Positions 40,737-53,869 of a stretch of 64,000 bases of DNA are shown piece after piece; the first letter of the stretch is position 1; every line of letters begins with the position of its first letter. This stretch comes from Chiloscyllium plagiosum. Its lineage: Eukaryota. The notes below the pieces were generated by a model that saw only the letters and a list, made by a program, of their open reading frames with translations, did not search any database and was not told the DNA's origin. Both the position numbers and the translations under genes were made by a program. The DNA is taken from assembly GCF_004010195.1 (NCBI RefSeq), contig NC_057718.1, positions 60,582,795 through 60,646,794 of the forward strand, given 5' to 3'.

Positions 40737-41525
40737 TGTGATGAAAGGTGTTTGATTTATATATATAAATAATCAACAACAGTTTTTGAATAAGATTTTA
40801 AGCTACTGACATATGAATTTAGTTTATTTGTGCAAAAGGATTTAATAAGTTACTCAGGATTAATATATTTTAGAACCATAATTTTAAACTAGCTTGTGCT
40901 CAAGTTCAGATGACTGAAGGCCTCTTGGAGTGTTGATGGAAGTTTGCGTATAATATGGTGTTTCCAGCAAGACACAAAGAAATATTAAGCCATGAGCTTA
41001 GCAGAAGCTAGAACAAGTCCTTTTGCCAAAAGTTAGTTAAAAGCCTTTGAATTTATATCAAAAGAGACCTGACTGAAGTTAGTTGTAAGAATAGTTTCTC
41101 TTCAAAAAAAATAGCTTGCTTGAATTGTTAAAGAATTAGGTTACCTTTGTGTAAGGATTCAGTTTGTGAAAACTGGGCATATTTGTTTAGAAATCTGTGT
41201 GTTAATCAAAACTGAAAAAGTCTAAGATCTCAGTTGTGAGAGTCAAAGAAAACACTTCAAAGTTCAGAGAATCAAAATTGAAAATAAACAGTTATGTCAA
41301 GCTACAGTTCTATTTGGGAAGGAAAGTTTCACTGGATTTTAATTCACTGTAAGACAATTGTGCTTGGGAATAGTTAAGAGTTTGTTTTTTTGTCTGTTTT
41401 AAGTCTTTCAACTGTGTTATCTGTAGATAGTTTGGCTTGTTTCATTTTAGTAGTGTAATAAACTTTTGTTTTATTGTCAAAACCAAATCAGCACAGATTT
41501 TCATATTTTTACAGTGTTGATCCCA
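40737..41525 (+). mobile_element. Probable old solo LTR
   Basis: Starts tgtgatg, AT-rich body, aataaacttttgttttattg near 41457 as in the LTR at 14642; right end and TSD not resolved. Confidence 0.35.
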
Positions 41526-43381
41526 AATATACAAACTTGAAGAATTAAATTCTGAATGTTACTGTGCTACTTGTTGCTGACCTTCTTGTTGCTGCCTCGA
41601 GAATATTAGTTTTCAATTTTTATAATAGGGTAGCATTGGAAAATAGTATAAAAAGTACTACCCACTTGTCCCTGCCTCTTTGCAAGATCATGAGTAAATG
41701 TGTTTGTTTCATAGTGCTGTCACTCTACATCATCCAGAAATTGAATAACAGGTGGATGCTTTGGGTCAGAATGTAGTTTTTAAGTGAGTATAATGATATT
41801 TGACCAGCACTGTTTCAAACCAGCCACATCCCCACAATAGTCTCTGCAATATGGAATTGTATAAGCTTCTATCTTGCCTTCTTTCAGTTTTTGAATGTGT
41901 CATTTAAACAAAAATAAGTACCACAGCTTTATGCTTTAAGCAAGATAATGTTTCAGTGAAAAAGTACCATGTTAAATTAATCAAAAACAAAACAATGATT
42001 TATCATTTCAGAGTTCTTCTGGAATCTGAATTGTCCAGTGCTAATATCAAATGGAATCAGAACAGCTGAAATTAGATATCTTTTGCTTATAATTTTCCAT
42101 TCCTCCCAAGTATGTGAATCATTATTCACCTCTCATGCTTTAGTTTTCAATTCTAGAATTGTACGCCGGTTATTAGTATGCACCATAGATTGGTCATAAG
42201 TTCTTAAATTTCCTTACTGCTGATGGTGTCACAGAGGACATATTTGGTGTTATGAACTGCCCCTCTTCTGGGCAGCAATGATGACTGTGGAAAGTAGATT
42301 ACACAATTATGACACTGCAGAGGAACATCTCTCGACACTGGAACAATTCAGTCAAACAGCACAGAATGTGCAGTGAGCTGTAAGTACCTTAACTTTAGAA
42401 AATGCATGAAGCACCACGTTTGAGTGGACCCTGGATGTTTGTGTGCCAGCTCAATGCAGCTGCAGGCCTGAAAGTACAATTTGGTCATTTGTACAGGAAA
42501 ATCTGGGAGGCCATGTTGTGGAGCCAGAACTGTGAGTGGTGGCATCAGACTTCATTATGTTGTTACTGTAGTCTGTTGTAGTGGTTCATTATCCACGACT
42601 GCAACTCTGTTGCATAGACAACCAGCAATTAGACCAAAAAGGGACATTGGGAGAGAGATTTTTGATTGAGTGTGTGTGTGGGAGAAGAGCTGGGAGAAAG
42701 AGATGGTGAATGAGTGTATCAGAAGAGGAAGGGTGTTGGGAAGATCGGTACCTGTGTGCAGATATGTGAAAGTAAGTGTAAGTAGGGTGAGAGGGGCTGA
42801 CTGCAAAGGTTCCATGAGGAGGGGAGAGAGCTTTCACGAAGTCTTCTGTCACCAGGCAATTTGGTGACCTTGGCTGAGATCTAATTGATTTCAGGAAATT
42901 ATAACATTTTGCAAAGTATCTTAAAGCACTGATTTCCATTTTTTAAAATGGTATCGATTTGTAATATGCAAACTTTTAAGAATTAAATTCTGAATGTTAT
43001 CAACTACTTTTTGCTGACCTTTTTGTTGGTGCCTCAAGAATGTTGGTTTTCAATTTTTAAAAGAAGGTGATATTGGAAAATAGCACAGAAAGCACAGCCC
43101 ACTTGTCCCTGCTGCTATTGCAAGATCATGAGTAACTGTGTTTGCTTCACAGCACTATCACTCTACTTCACACAGAAATTGAATAGCAGGCAGATGAGCT
43201 GGGTCAGAATGTACTTTTATGTGGGTTTAATGATATTTGACCAGCACTGCGTCACAGCAGTTACATCCCCACAATAGTCTCTGCATTATGAAATTGTATA
43301 AGCTCATCTCTTGGCTTCTTTCAGTTTTTGAATGTGTCAATTTAAAATCTAAACATGACAGCTTTATGCTTTATCAAGACA
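41526..43381 (+). repeat. ~420-bp diverged direct duplication (41526-41946 and 42963-43381)
   Basis: Both copies run aagaattaaattctgaatgtta...cccacttgtccctgc...cccacaatagtctctgc...acagctttatgcttta with scattered substitutions. Confidence 0.85.
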
Positions 43382-43741
43382 GAAGTTTTGTTTATTACTT
43401 GACTATTGTTACAATTATTTAAGTACAATATGATAAAAATAATCATTAAAGTGCGGTGATTAAGAATTCAAATAAGATCAAAAGTCATGCATGAAGATTG
43501 AAATGAGATCAGTCTCTGGTGTCATTGCACGTCTGCCTTGCTTAAAGGTTACTTTTGAAGTGAAACTAGTGAGAGGTTGAAGTCAGATTCAGTAGTTGTG
43601 ATGTCTTCAGTGGCTAAATAGTTGCTCCCCCACAGGTATATTGAGCAGAACAGGTTCAGGAAACAAGTGAAGACTCCTCTGTTTTTCTCTTATAGGTTGT
43701 GGCTCTTGTTTAACAGGGAAGTCCTGAACACTCGTGTGCCC

Positions 43742-44518
43742 ATTGTTGTGGTTCTGTTCGCCGAGCTGGGAATTTGTGTTGCAGACGTTTCGTCCCCTGT
43801 CTAGGTGACATCCTTAGTGTTTGGGAGCCTCCTGCGAAGCACTTCTGTGATGTTTCCTCTGGCATTTATAGTGGTTTGTCTCTGCCGCTTCCAGTTGTCA
43901 GTTCCAGCTGTCCGTTGCAGTGGTCGGTATATTGGGTCCAGGTCAATGTACTTATTGGTTGAATCTGTGGATGAGTGCCATGCCTCTAGGAATTCCCTGG
44001 CTGTTCTCTGTTTGGCTTGTCCTATAATAGTAATGTTGTCCCAGTCGAACTCATGTTGCTTGTCATATGCGTGTGTGGCTACTAAGGATAGCTGGTCGTG
44101 TCATTTCGTGGCTAGTTGGTGTTCATGGATAAGGATCGTTAGCTGTCTTCCTGTTTGTTCTATGTAGTGTTTTGTGCAGTCCTTGCATGGGATTTTGTAC
44201 ACTACGTTGGTTTTGCTCATGCTGGGTATCGGGTCCTTCGTTCTGGTGAGTTGTTGTCTGAGAGTGGCTGTTGGTTTGTGTGCTGTTATGAGTCCTAGTG
44301 GTCGCAGTAGTCTGGCTGTCAGTTCCGAACTGACAACCGGAGGCGGCAGAGACAAACCACTACAAATGCCGGAGGAAACATCACAGAAGCACTTCACAGG
44401 AGGCTCCCAAGCACTGAGGATGTCACCTAGACAGGGGACGAAACATCTGCAACACAAATTCCCAGCTCGGCGAACAGAACCACAACAACGAGCACCCAAG
44501 CTACAAATCTTCTCACAA
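43742..44518 (-). mobile_element. Family-3 PLE (Poseidon-like GIY-YIG endonuclease 3' end) with inverted terminal repeat
   Basis: Minus-strand TNVVYKIPCKDCTKHYIEQTGRQL...HEH. 44328-44488 is the reverse complement of 43744-43902. TSD actc(g/t)tgtgccc at 43730-43741 and 44519-44530. Confidence 0.9.
44411..44450 (+). ncRNA. Minimal hammerhead motif, family 3 (second copy on minus strand at ~43781-43820)
   Basis: gca-CUGAGGA-U-guc...gac-GAAA-caUC-ugc; stem I gca/ugc. Confidence 0.6.
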
Positions 44519-44659
44519 ACTCTTGTGCCCTTCTAGAGGAACAGGGACTGCTTCAATTTGTTTCGCTCGAGATCTCCACCAACATGATTGCTTGCAGCCA
44601 GATTTATATACAGATCAAGACTTAAAATTACTGCTCTCGCAAAACTGTTGAATTATGGG

Positions 44660-46070
44660 AGCATAGGAACAGGAGTATGCCATTCAGCCCCTGAAGGCTT
44701 TTCCACCATTCAATGAGATTGTGGCTGATCTGTGGACTAACTCTATATACCTGCCCATGGCCCATATCCCTTCATACCTTTGCTTAGCAAACATTTATCT
44801 ATCTCAGATTTAAAGTTATACTGAGCCAACATCCACTGCCAATTGTGGAAGACAGTTCCAAATATTTAATACTTTGTGTGTAGAGTACAATGGCACAGTG
44901 GTTAGCACTCTGCCTCACAGCACCAGGGACCCAGGTTCAATTCCAGCCTTGGGTGACTGCCTGTCTGAGGAGGTTCCACGTTCTCCCTGTGTCTTTGTAG
45001 GCTTCCTCCCATAGACTAAAGATGTACAAGTTAGATGGATTAACCCTGATAATTAACCTGTAGTATCCAGGGATGTGCAAGCTAGATGGATTAGCCATGG
45101 GAAATGGGGGTTATGGTGATAGGGTGGGTCTGGGTGGGATGCTGTTCAACAGGTTGATGCAGATTGGATGGGCTGAATGGTCTCTTTCTGCAATATCGAG
45201 GTTCTATGAGCTGCACTGTAGCCTCTCTCCTGAATGATTTGGTCCTAATTCTCAGACAATGCCCCTGGTTCTAGAAACTCAAACTAGTGAAATAGTTTAA
45301 TGTTATCTACTTTGTCTTTTCCTATTAATATTTTGAAGACTTTGACTTCTTAACCTTCTAAATTCCAGGGAAAACAGGCTTAATTTGTATAATCCCTCCT
45401 CATAATTTAATCCAAAATGTGCAGATATCATTCTTGCAAACCTACATTGTACTACCTCCAAAACCAATCTCGCCTTTCTGAGGTGTGGTGCCCAGATACT
45501 CCAAGTGGAGTCCAAGCAGGGTTTCGTATAACTGCAGCATAACTTCTATATCTTTGTACTCCAGCTTTTGAGATTTAAATAATGTGGAGGTGTTGGACTG
45601 GAGTGGACAAAGTCAGAGGTCATACAATACCAGCTTATAGTCCAACAGGTTTATCTGAAACGTGAGCTTCAGTCCACTTCACCTGATGAAAGAGAAGTGC
45701 TCCAAAGGCTTGTTATTTTAAATCAACATGTTGGACTATAACCTGGTATCATTTGATTTCGGACTTGGAGATATAAAGGCTAGCATTCCATTAGTTTTCT
45801 TAATTATTTTCTGCACCTGCTTGTGACATTTTGAACAGCTACGTACCTGAACCCCCAAGTCTCTTTGGACGTCCATTATATTTAACTGCATACTATCTTA
45901 AAAGTATCCTGATCTATCATTTATCAGACCCTAATCTGTCCTTTTTCAGTCCAAAATGGACAACCTCACAGTTGTTTACATTGAACTCCATCTGCCACTG
46001 TTTTGTCATTCACTTTGTTTATCAAAATCCCTTTGTAGTGTTATGCTATCATTGACATGGTCTACAATGC
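44660..46070 (-). mobile_element. Old CR1 3' part with nested HE1-like SINE (44888-45210, +) and family-2 PLE hairpin (~45582-45767)
   Basis: Minus-strand WAPHLRK...QCRFARMI...LFSLEFRRLR; SINE head gtggttagcactctgcctcacagcaccaggg; PLE ttatagtccaacagg / tgttggactataa inverted pair. Confidence 0.75.
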
Positions 46071-46349
46071 TATTTATTATGCTTCCATAAAATATATTGG
46101 GTTATCTGAAGTCTGGGCACTGACCCATCCATTGACTAGATTTTTGGACTAGCTAATTAATTTTTGAACTGTTTCAGCCATTAGTTTGGACAATTATCAT
46201 TCTGTCAAGTGTTTCATGACCTATGAAGATCTATTCATACCTCTCAGGAAAACAAGTGTTCATATTTATCCTTGGAAGTGTTCATTGAATTAAAGAAGTT
46301 TTTGTGACTTTTTCTTGAGAAAATTGTAGTTTTGTAATTATTATTCAAG

Positions 46350-46688
46350 TGTGATTGCCTAGTGATATTCTCACAAGACTATTAGTCCAGAGACCCAGGT
46401 AATATACTGTGGACCTAATTAAATGAATTTGAATTCAACAAAAATCTGGATAAAGGTGTAATGATGACCAATAAATTGAGACAATTTTCAAATATTGGGA
46501 AAGTCCATCTGCTACACTGACGTTCTTCAAGGAAACAATTTCAGTCGTTACCTGGTCTGGCCTGCATGTGACTGCAGACTCACAGCTATGTGGTTGTCTC
46601 TTAACTGCGCTCTCAGCAATTGGGAATGGGTAATAAATGTTTGTCTAGCCAGTAATACGCTCATCCCATGAATGAATAAAATAAAATA
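46350..46688 (+). mobile_element. tRNA-derived SINE (second shark family)
   Basis: gattgcctagtg...ccagagacccaggtaat...catcccatgaatgaataaaa. Confidence 0.75.
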
Positions 46689-48769
46689 ATACCAGCTGAA
46701 TCCAAAAGGATAGTTATGTGATATCTGTAGTCATTTTATAAGATTCTTTGCCCATTTTGAACACGGATCAACTTTCGTTACAAAGTACATATGGTAGCCA
46801 TAGCTGATGAAAATTGTTATGATATATTCAATTAGCTGTTTAATATTAATGCACTCAATATATCAGAGCTTCCAGAAAGCAAAATGAAGTTGTGCATTCC
46901 TAACAGCATGCAGAAAACCCCCCAGAAAAGTAGCCCTCAGTGTTTGCATTATTTGTGCATTATCTACAACCAAATGGAACAGCAGTTGAAAGAAGCTGGA
47001 CTTCCCATAAATGCTATTTGCAAAATGGATATGTTTTCCCTTTTGTCAGCATACAACTGTACACATATAAAGCAAATGGTATTGAAAATATGTAAATTTA
47101 TTCGCAAACAATGAATGTATCTATACAAACAATTATATAAACTAACTGTTCTCGAAAAAGATATCGAATGAATGAGAAAAATGCAATGAGTCAGTCAAAG
47201 ATGTGCCTTTTCTGCACGTTTCCAATTTTTAGCACAACACCTGAGTTACCAACAGACTGTTCTAAACAGGGCCAACGTTTTCTTTATTTTTGAAATGAGC
47301 CTTCACTAAATCTACATTATGTTGTTCCTGAGTGAATTGGAAACAAAAGCAAGCTAACATTGCCAATGCCATAGTGGAGGATAAGCAGGAGATCACAATT
47401 GCATTCCACCACTTACAATTATGCAAGATTTAATTGGCTCAGAAATATTGTATCATATCATGTAGAAATAAGAAGTATTCCTTATTTTATCAAAATTAAA
47501 ATTGATTAGAAAAGATGATATAATTTTTTTTATTTCATCAAAATGAACCGAGTTGGCAAACTGATTTAATGATGTAACATGACATTCAGTGTTGATGACA
47601 GACAACAATATACAGACAGATGGATAGGGGCAGAATAGTATTACATCCTTATGAGCCTTGCGATAAGGAAAAAAGTAAAGCAGGATATATACAGAATGGC
47701 AATTCATTCTGGCAGCAATTAAAATATATTACTTTCTGGATAAATTAGGATAGAAAGAAGAAGTGTCTTCCTCTGTGCAAACCATTCACAACTGAATAAT
47801 TTTTTAATCAGGATTATTAACATTGCTCACTGCCACATAATAGTCAGGTGCCAGCATGTAGAATGCTGGGTACAATGTGAACTGAAGAATCAGAACAATC
47901 TGTCATTATTATTTACCAACTATAATTTTAACTTTAATTTAGCGCTATCAGAAATGGTATATGCTTTTAAAAATAAAACAAGCAATGGAACAAATTTGAT
48001 TGAATTAATGTCTTCTCAATGTGCTGTACTGATGTGCTAAACAGAAAGTTCTTGGTGGTTTCAATTAAATTTGCGTTAAGTTATGCAGAGACATACATAA
48101 CCCACTATTGTCGTCCTACATTCAAGCTGAGTGTTACGATGATTATTATAAGACTGAGATCATGAAAGATAACTGACATTGTTTAGATTCAGATAATCAT
48201 AGAATAGAATTTAACACAGAAGCAGGCCATTTTGCCTGTCTGTGATGACTGTTTACAGGAAGAATTCATAGTCCGATTCCTCCAATTTCTAAAAGAGCCC
48301 TGTAATTTTTATATCATTAGATAATCTTCCAACATCCTTCTAACAGTCTCACTTCAGTCTATTGCCATACACCTTTCAGATTCTAATCACTGACTTCATA
48401 AAAAATGTTTTTTCCACATGTCACCATTGCTTACATTTGGTCTCACTTACTGAGAAGCTACCAGTGTAAACTCGATGTTGATAATCATGTCATGCCTGTT
48501 AAAAAAAAGACACATTGTGAATGGACAGCACCATATAAGTATTCAACATTGCAGTTAGTCAATTGTTAACAACCCTTAACAATGCCATCACTGCTGCTGT
48601 TGCAGCCTCCTTTGGGAATAGGATTCTCTATTCCTACTCATGTACCAAAGTAAGGTACTGTATGTTAACTTCTATCTGTCAATGCTGATGTCCAGGGCCA
48701 ACATAAAATATCTGTCATGTAGCCTGATGTAACTGGCATGCTTTCATTGTTTTTTGAAAACTGTGTGTT

Positions 48770-49140
48770 ATGTATCGCTCGTTTGGTGCCATCCTCTCGT
48801 TTAAGGCAAAAAGTTCCACTGCAGCACTTGAACCCAAACGTTAAGGCTGAAGTTTCAGTGTAGTACTGAGGGAGTACTGCACTGTCAGTGGTGCCACATT
48901 TCAAATGAGTTCTTAAACCATCTGCCTTCTCTAGTGAACATAAGAGACCTCCACTATTCTGAAGAAAAGAAGATGAGTTATTCCCAGGCTAATGTTTATC
49001 CTTCAATCCACATCACAACACCTAGTTCTGTGGGTGTTGTCACTTTACTCTTTGTGGGAGCTACCTGTGCACAAATTTGCTGGCACATTTCCTCCATTGC
49101 AACTTTAAGTCCGCTTTGAATGTCTTTCCTTGCTATTTAG
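48770..49140 (+). mobile_element. Deu-domain SINE (SacSINE1/AmnSINE-like)
   Basis: cagtgtagtactgagggagtactgcactgtcagtggtgcc, the Deu core. Confidence 0.7.
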
Positions 49141-49999
49141 CACAGACTCAGAGCTAGGCACTTGTCATGGTTACCAATAGTGATCAGTTAAGGGAATAGA
49201 CACTGTCTTCTATGACACAAAGCTGCATCAATGTCACACCTCCGGTATGTGCCATCAGTTTATATAGTAAATTCACTGTATGTGCTTCCAAATGGATATG
49301 TCCAGAAAGAGTCCTAGGTTGAGTCAAGGCGGCTATTATCAGTCAGGGGTCCCTCTGCAGTCAGTCAAGAGCAATCCTTGATCTCAGTCCAGGGTGTTGA
49401 GCAATCTGTGTCAGGTGCTCTGTATCACAACATCGCAGGTCTGGGACATAGATAGTCCTTCAGGTCCAGCATAGCCAGTCCATGCATTAGATGTAAGTTA
49501 ATGAAGAAGCTTCACATAGATCAGCCAACAGTCCAGTCACTCCACAGTCAGGGCTGTCCTTCCAGCTTGGTCTGGCATGTCAGCCACAGTCGATTCAGTA
49601 AATCTACTCGTTGAAAGTCAAAGGGAGCTATCAGAGACACTGCTGGGATAGGGAAGTTGGGGAAATCAGTTGTGGGGAGGCAATATGTTGGGATACAGAG
49701 GAATAATAATTGGAATGGGGCTACTCAATATATAAGGGTGAGAAGTTACGTTGCTTAAGTTTCTGCAGGAATAAATAGGGGGGGATATCGTTGATAGTAA
49801 CCACTGTCCTGGCTCCAGTGGGGACAGAGTCTCATGATGGTTAACATGACTAAGCTGTAAGACCAAAGTTTAGCGGAAGTGGTAGGAGATGAAGGAAATG
49901 AAAGGGTTGGGTGAGAATGTGCGGCAGTTCAGAACTGTTGAGGTTGACAGGACAACGAGGAAAAAAGGAACACGAAGGTTTGGGTTGTCATCTCGACAA

Positions 50000-50765
50000 G
50001 GTAAAAACAAGAGCTGCAGATGCTGGAAACCAGATTCTGGATTAGAGTGGTGCTCGAAAAGCACAGCGGTTCAGACAGCATCCAAGGAGCAGGAAAATCG
50101 ACATTTCAGGCAAAAGCTCTTCATCTGGAATACAGGCAGTGTCTGAAGGGTGGAGAGATAAATGAGAGGAGGGTGGGAGTGAGGAGAAAGTAGCATAGAG
50201 TACAATAGGTGAGTGGGGGTGGGGATGAAGGTGATAGGCCAGGGAGGAGGGTGGGTGAAGGTAGCAAAGAGTACAATGGTTGGATGGGGGTGGAGATGAA
50301 GGTGATAGGTCAGAGAGGAGGGTGGAGTGGATAAGTGGAAAGGAAGATAGGTAAGTAGGACAAGTCATGGGGACAGTGCTGAGCTGGAAGTTTGGAACTG
50401 GGGTGAGGTGGGGGAAGGGGAAATGAGGAAACTGGTGAAGTCCACATTGATGCCCTGGGGTTGAAGTGTTCCGAGGCGGAAGATGAGGCGTTCTGCCTCC
50501 AGGCATCGGATGGCGAGGGAGTGGTGGTGAAGGAGACCCAGGACCTCCATGTCCTCGGCTGAGTGGGAGGGGGAGTTGAAATGCTGGGCCACAGGGTGGT
50601 GTGGTTGATTGGTGCGGGTGTCCCAGAGATTTTCCCTAAAACGCTCTGCTAGGAGGCGTCCAGTCTCCCCAATGTAGAGGAAACCGCTTCGGGAGCAATG
50701 AATACAATAAATGATATTGGTGGATGGGCAGGTAAAACTTTGATGGATGTGGAAGGCTCCTCTAG
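50000..50765 (-). mobile_element. Family-1-type PLE 3' fragment (Neptune-like GIY-YIG C-terminus, 3' UTR, hammerhead-like terminus)
   Basis: Minus-strand TNIIYCIHCSRSGFLYIGETGRLLAERF...VAQHFN...LGTLQPQGINVDF; TSD gtcatctcgacaa at 49987-49999 and 50766-50778. Confidence 0.9.
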
Positions 50766-51589
50766 GTCATCTCGACAAAGGCTGAGCCTATGACTCACTT
50801 TTCAAAGCACCACTTATGTTGCCTTATTCCTCATCCAAATCACAAGTGCTCAATGGAAATAAGAAATTACTGCCCCAAATATGGAGTAAGGATTTCTTCT
50901 GAGCACGGAGGCACATCTTGTGAACTTAACGAGTGTCTTCAAGAAGCAAGTTCATTAATCAGGGCCTTATTCAGTCTAGGTTAAAGACATCTGCAACCAT
51001 AGTACTATACATAAGAAACACTTACAAGTGAGCAACTTACGGGAAACAAGAAATCTGCACCATGCTATTAAGCTTTGTGAAGCAGATAAAATCACAGGCA
51101 TCCTTAAAAGTTTCACCTGCAGGCTACAATTTAAATGCCATCCAAGGTTTCATAGGCTACATAAAGGCATAGAGCTGTTCTCCTCTCACTTTGAACTGTG
51201 AGTATTTCTCAAAGCGCTGCTGTAGGCTGTGCTGCTCACTGCCAGATGATACTCAGGTGTCACCATTTTTGGGTGATGTGGATGATCCTCCTGCACTTAC
51301 AATCGCTGAGTGTATTTATATGGCATGATTTATGCCGCATAATCAGAATAATGTCTCTATGTCAAAAATCTAGATACAGACTTCCCCTGGTCCTAATTTT
51401 CAGAGTTCTCCATGTCCTATCGTATTGAGGAATAACATTATTTGTGTATGATGTGAATGCTGACTGCTCAAATTACTAAAGACCTGCTCTGTTCCTGATA
51501 TTTCCCACACAGGTTCCTGGCATCCGCAAAAAGCAGGGGATTCATCATCGTGATTGTGGTACATTGACGGTGCAGAGAAACGGAGGAGG

Positions 51590-52640
51590 AATAAATGCAG
51601 CAGCAAGCCCAGGACCAGCATCAAGCTCCAGCAGCAGCCACACAGTTTCCATGTGAAGAAATCATAGGTAAAGATTCCCTCAGATTGCAGAGACGTGCAG
51701 GAGGCTCAATAAAACTTCTGCCTACTGCGCAAGGTGCAATGTCACCACAGACAGAAGATATCCCAGAGCACCATCTCATGTCATCTGCTGGAATGGGACA
51801 TGTGACCTGAAAGTGAGGGTGACCATCTTACCCCAGTGACCATTGAAGTGATAGTTGTGTTAAATTCTTTGGTTACTGGCTGCTTCTAAGGAATCCCTGA
51901 GGGTATTTGTGGGATATTTCAATCCACAAATCTCTCAAGATTATTACCGATGAATTGTACTTCCCCGTGTTGAGGTCAGTGCTACAGTCTGAGCACTAGG
52001 CTTTACCAACACAGCTGGTTTCAGCCAGGTACAGGGCACTATAGATTGGACACGCGTTGCTTTGAAAGCACCATATCATACCAAAGCAGACTTTATCAAC
52101 AGAAAATAGTTCCATTCCATCAAAATACAAATCATCTGTAACCATTTTCGAAAAATGCATCAGGTTGCCTAGAAGCTGCTGTGACATCTTTATCCTTTAC
52201 AACTCCAGGTCCCTGCTTTATTTGAAGGCCAGAGCATTTATAATGATAGTAACTGAGAGACAATGGCTATCTTCTGCAATCATGGCTGATGACTTTGCTA
52301 CATAACCCCTGACTAAGGGCATGTGGCCATATTGCAGCCCATTCTTCAGCCAGGGCCATGGTGGAGCAGATGACAGGCCTCCTAAAGATGACATTCCAAT
52401 GTTTGAATTGGCCTGGCCTTGTCATCCAGCCCAGACAGAATGTGCAACCGAATCCTTGCACGCAGAGCTTAGCAAAGCTGGAGCAGGCAAACAGGGGATT
52501 TGATGGAAATTGAAGAGCTAGGGAGGCAGCATCCATCTTCCAAGGAGGAAGCTGAGGACATTAAACTGGAGGAACATCACCTTCACCATGATAGAGCACA
52601 GCATCAGGCAGGACTTTACTGACAGCTGCTTTCAATAGAT
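51590..52640 (+). pseudogene. Decayed PIF/Harbinger DDE transposase (HARBI1-like family)
   Basis: PVTIEVIVVLNSLVTGCF*GIPEGICGIFQS; AGFSQVQGTIDWTRVALKAP...FINRK*FHSIKIQIICNH; DNGYLLQSWLMT; ARAMVEQMTGLLKMTFQCL. Contains stops and frameshifts. Confidence 0.85.
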
Positions 52641-53084
52641 TTGGATTAGATGAAGCGATCACTCATTGACTGTACATTTGTTGCTGTTCAAAAGATAACC
52701 AGCCTTTGTACATTCATAAAATCAGATGCAGCTTGTTTTTATTTTCTTTGCTTTTCCTATTCTTCAATAAAAGACAACATTTTCAAATGTTTTAGGGTTT
52801 TTCAATTTGGGATGCTCCCATACTAAAGAAAGAAAAGATGTTATGCCAAACTGGGCCTTAGGGAAGGAGTAACACTCTCTTAGGCAGGGTTCTAGCATGG
52901 CATATCACTAATGACAGTTAACCTGCAGAACTTGGTTTTGTAGTTGCAGCCATGATGACAGTTAATCAGATAGTGATGATGCAAAATAACAATACAATTA
53001 GAACAAGATCATCTATTTGTAGTGATGCATCATCTGTGCCATCTATGTCCCTTTCAAAGCTGTTATTTTTGTTTTCCTCTCTCA

Positions 53085-53268
53085 AGAAAATAAAGAGTCA
53101 CCCAAGTCCTCCTCTTCCATTAGAACGAAACAACTTAGGATGGTTTAACCTCCGGCAAGGAGTGAGATGGGAAAGGGCAGCCTGCATGGTAACCTCAACT
53201 GGTGCAGGAGTTGAACCTGTTCTGCTGGCTTGCTCTGCATTACAAACCAGCCATCCAGTCAACTGAGT
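53085..53268 (-). mobile_element. Short tRNA-derived SINE (third family)
   Basis: Minus-strand ctcagttgactggatggctggtttgtaatgcagag...ggttcaactcc (A/B-box-like). Confidence 0.6.
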
Positions 53269-53869
53269 TGAACAACATCGTCTGAGTGCAATGGATGTGA
53301 ATGTTCCCATCTCACCTTTTTCAATCTGTCTGCAGCTTTGGACATTGTCGATTGGCCATCCTTCTCCAATGCCTTTCCGCTTGTTATCTAACTGGGTGAG
53401 ATTGTACTCATTTAGTTCCATTTTCATCTATGCAGGTGTAGCCAAAGAATCACCTTCAATGGCATCGCCTTCTGTTTCCATGCTGTTATCTCAGATGTTT
53501 TCCTACAGTTTAATGTTTGTTCCCTTCTATTTATCATCCACGTGCTGCCATTTTGTGATACCACTAATATCCATAGCATTGGCATCCTCATGGACAGTGA
53601 TGAGCCACCCCTTTGCCCCACCACAACTCCTTCACGGTCTCTATCTTCTCAGATTGCTTATCAGGTGAGCATAGATTTCCTCCAACTAAATGTTGGAAGA
53701 ACTCCACCTGATGTATTAGCCCTCTGCCACCAACTCCATTCCTTTGTGACTGACACTATTCTTTTCCCTGTCTTGTCTAAGATGAAACCAGATTATTTGT
53801 AACTTTACTACCATGTATTGGGTGACAAGTTGAGCTCCTGACCACAGAAATGCATTCCAACACTAAGAC

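Noticed and set aside
49140-49986. GC-richer segment, possibly an old LINE or other TE
   Set aside because: No motif could be read with confidence, so it is left unannotated.
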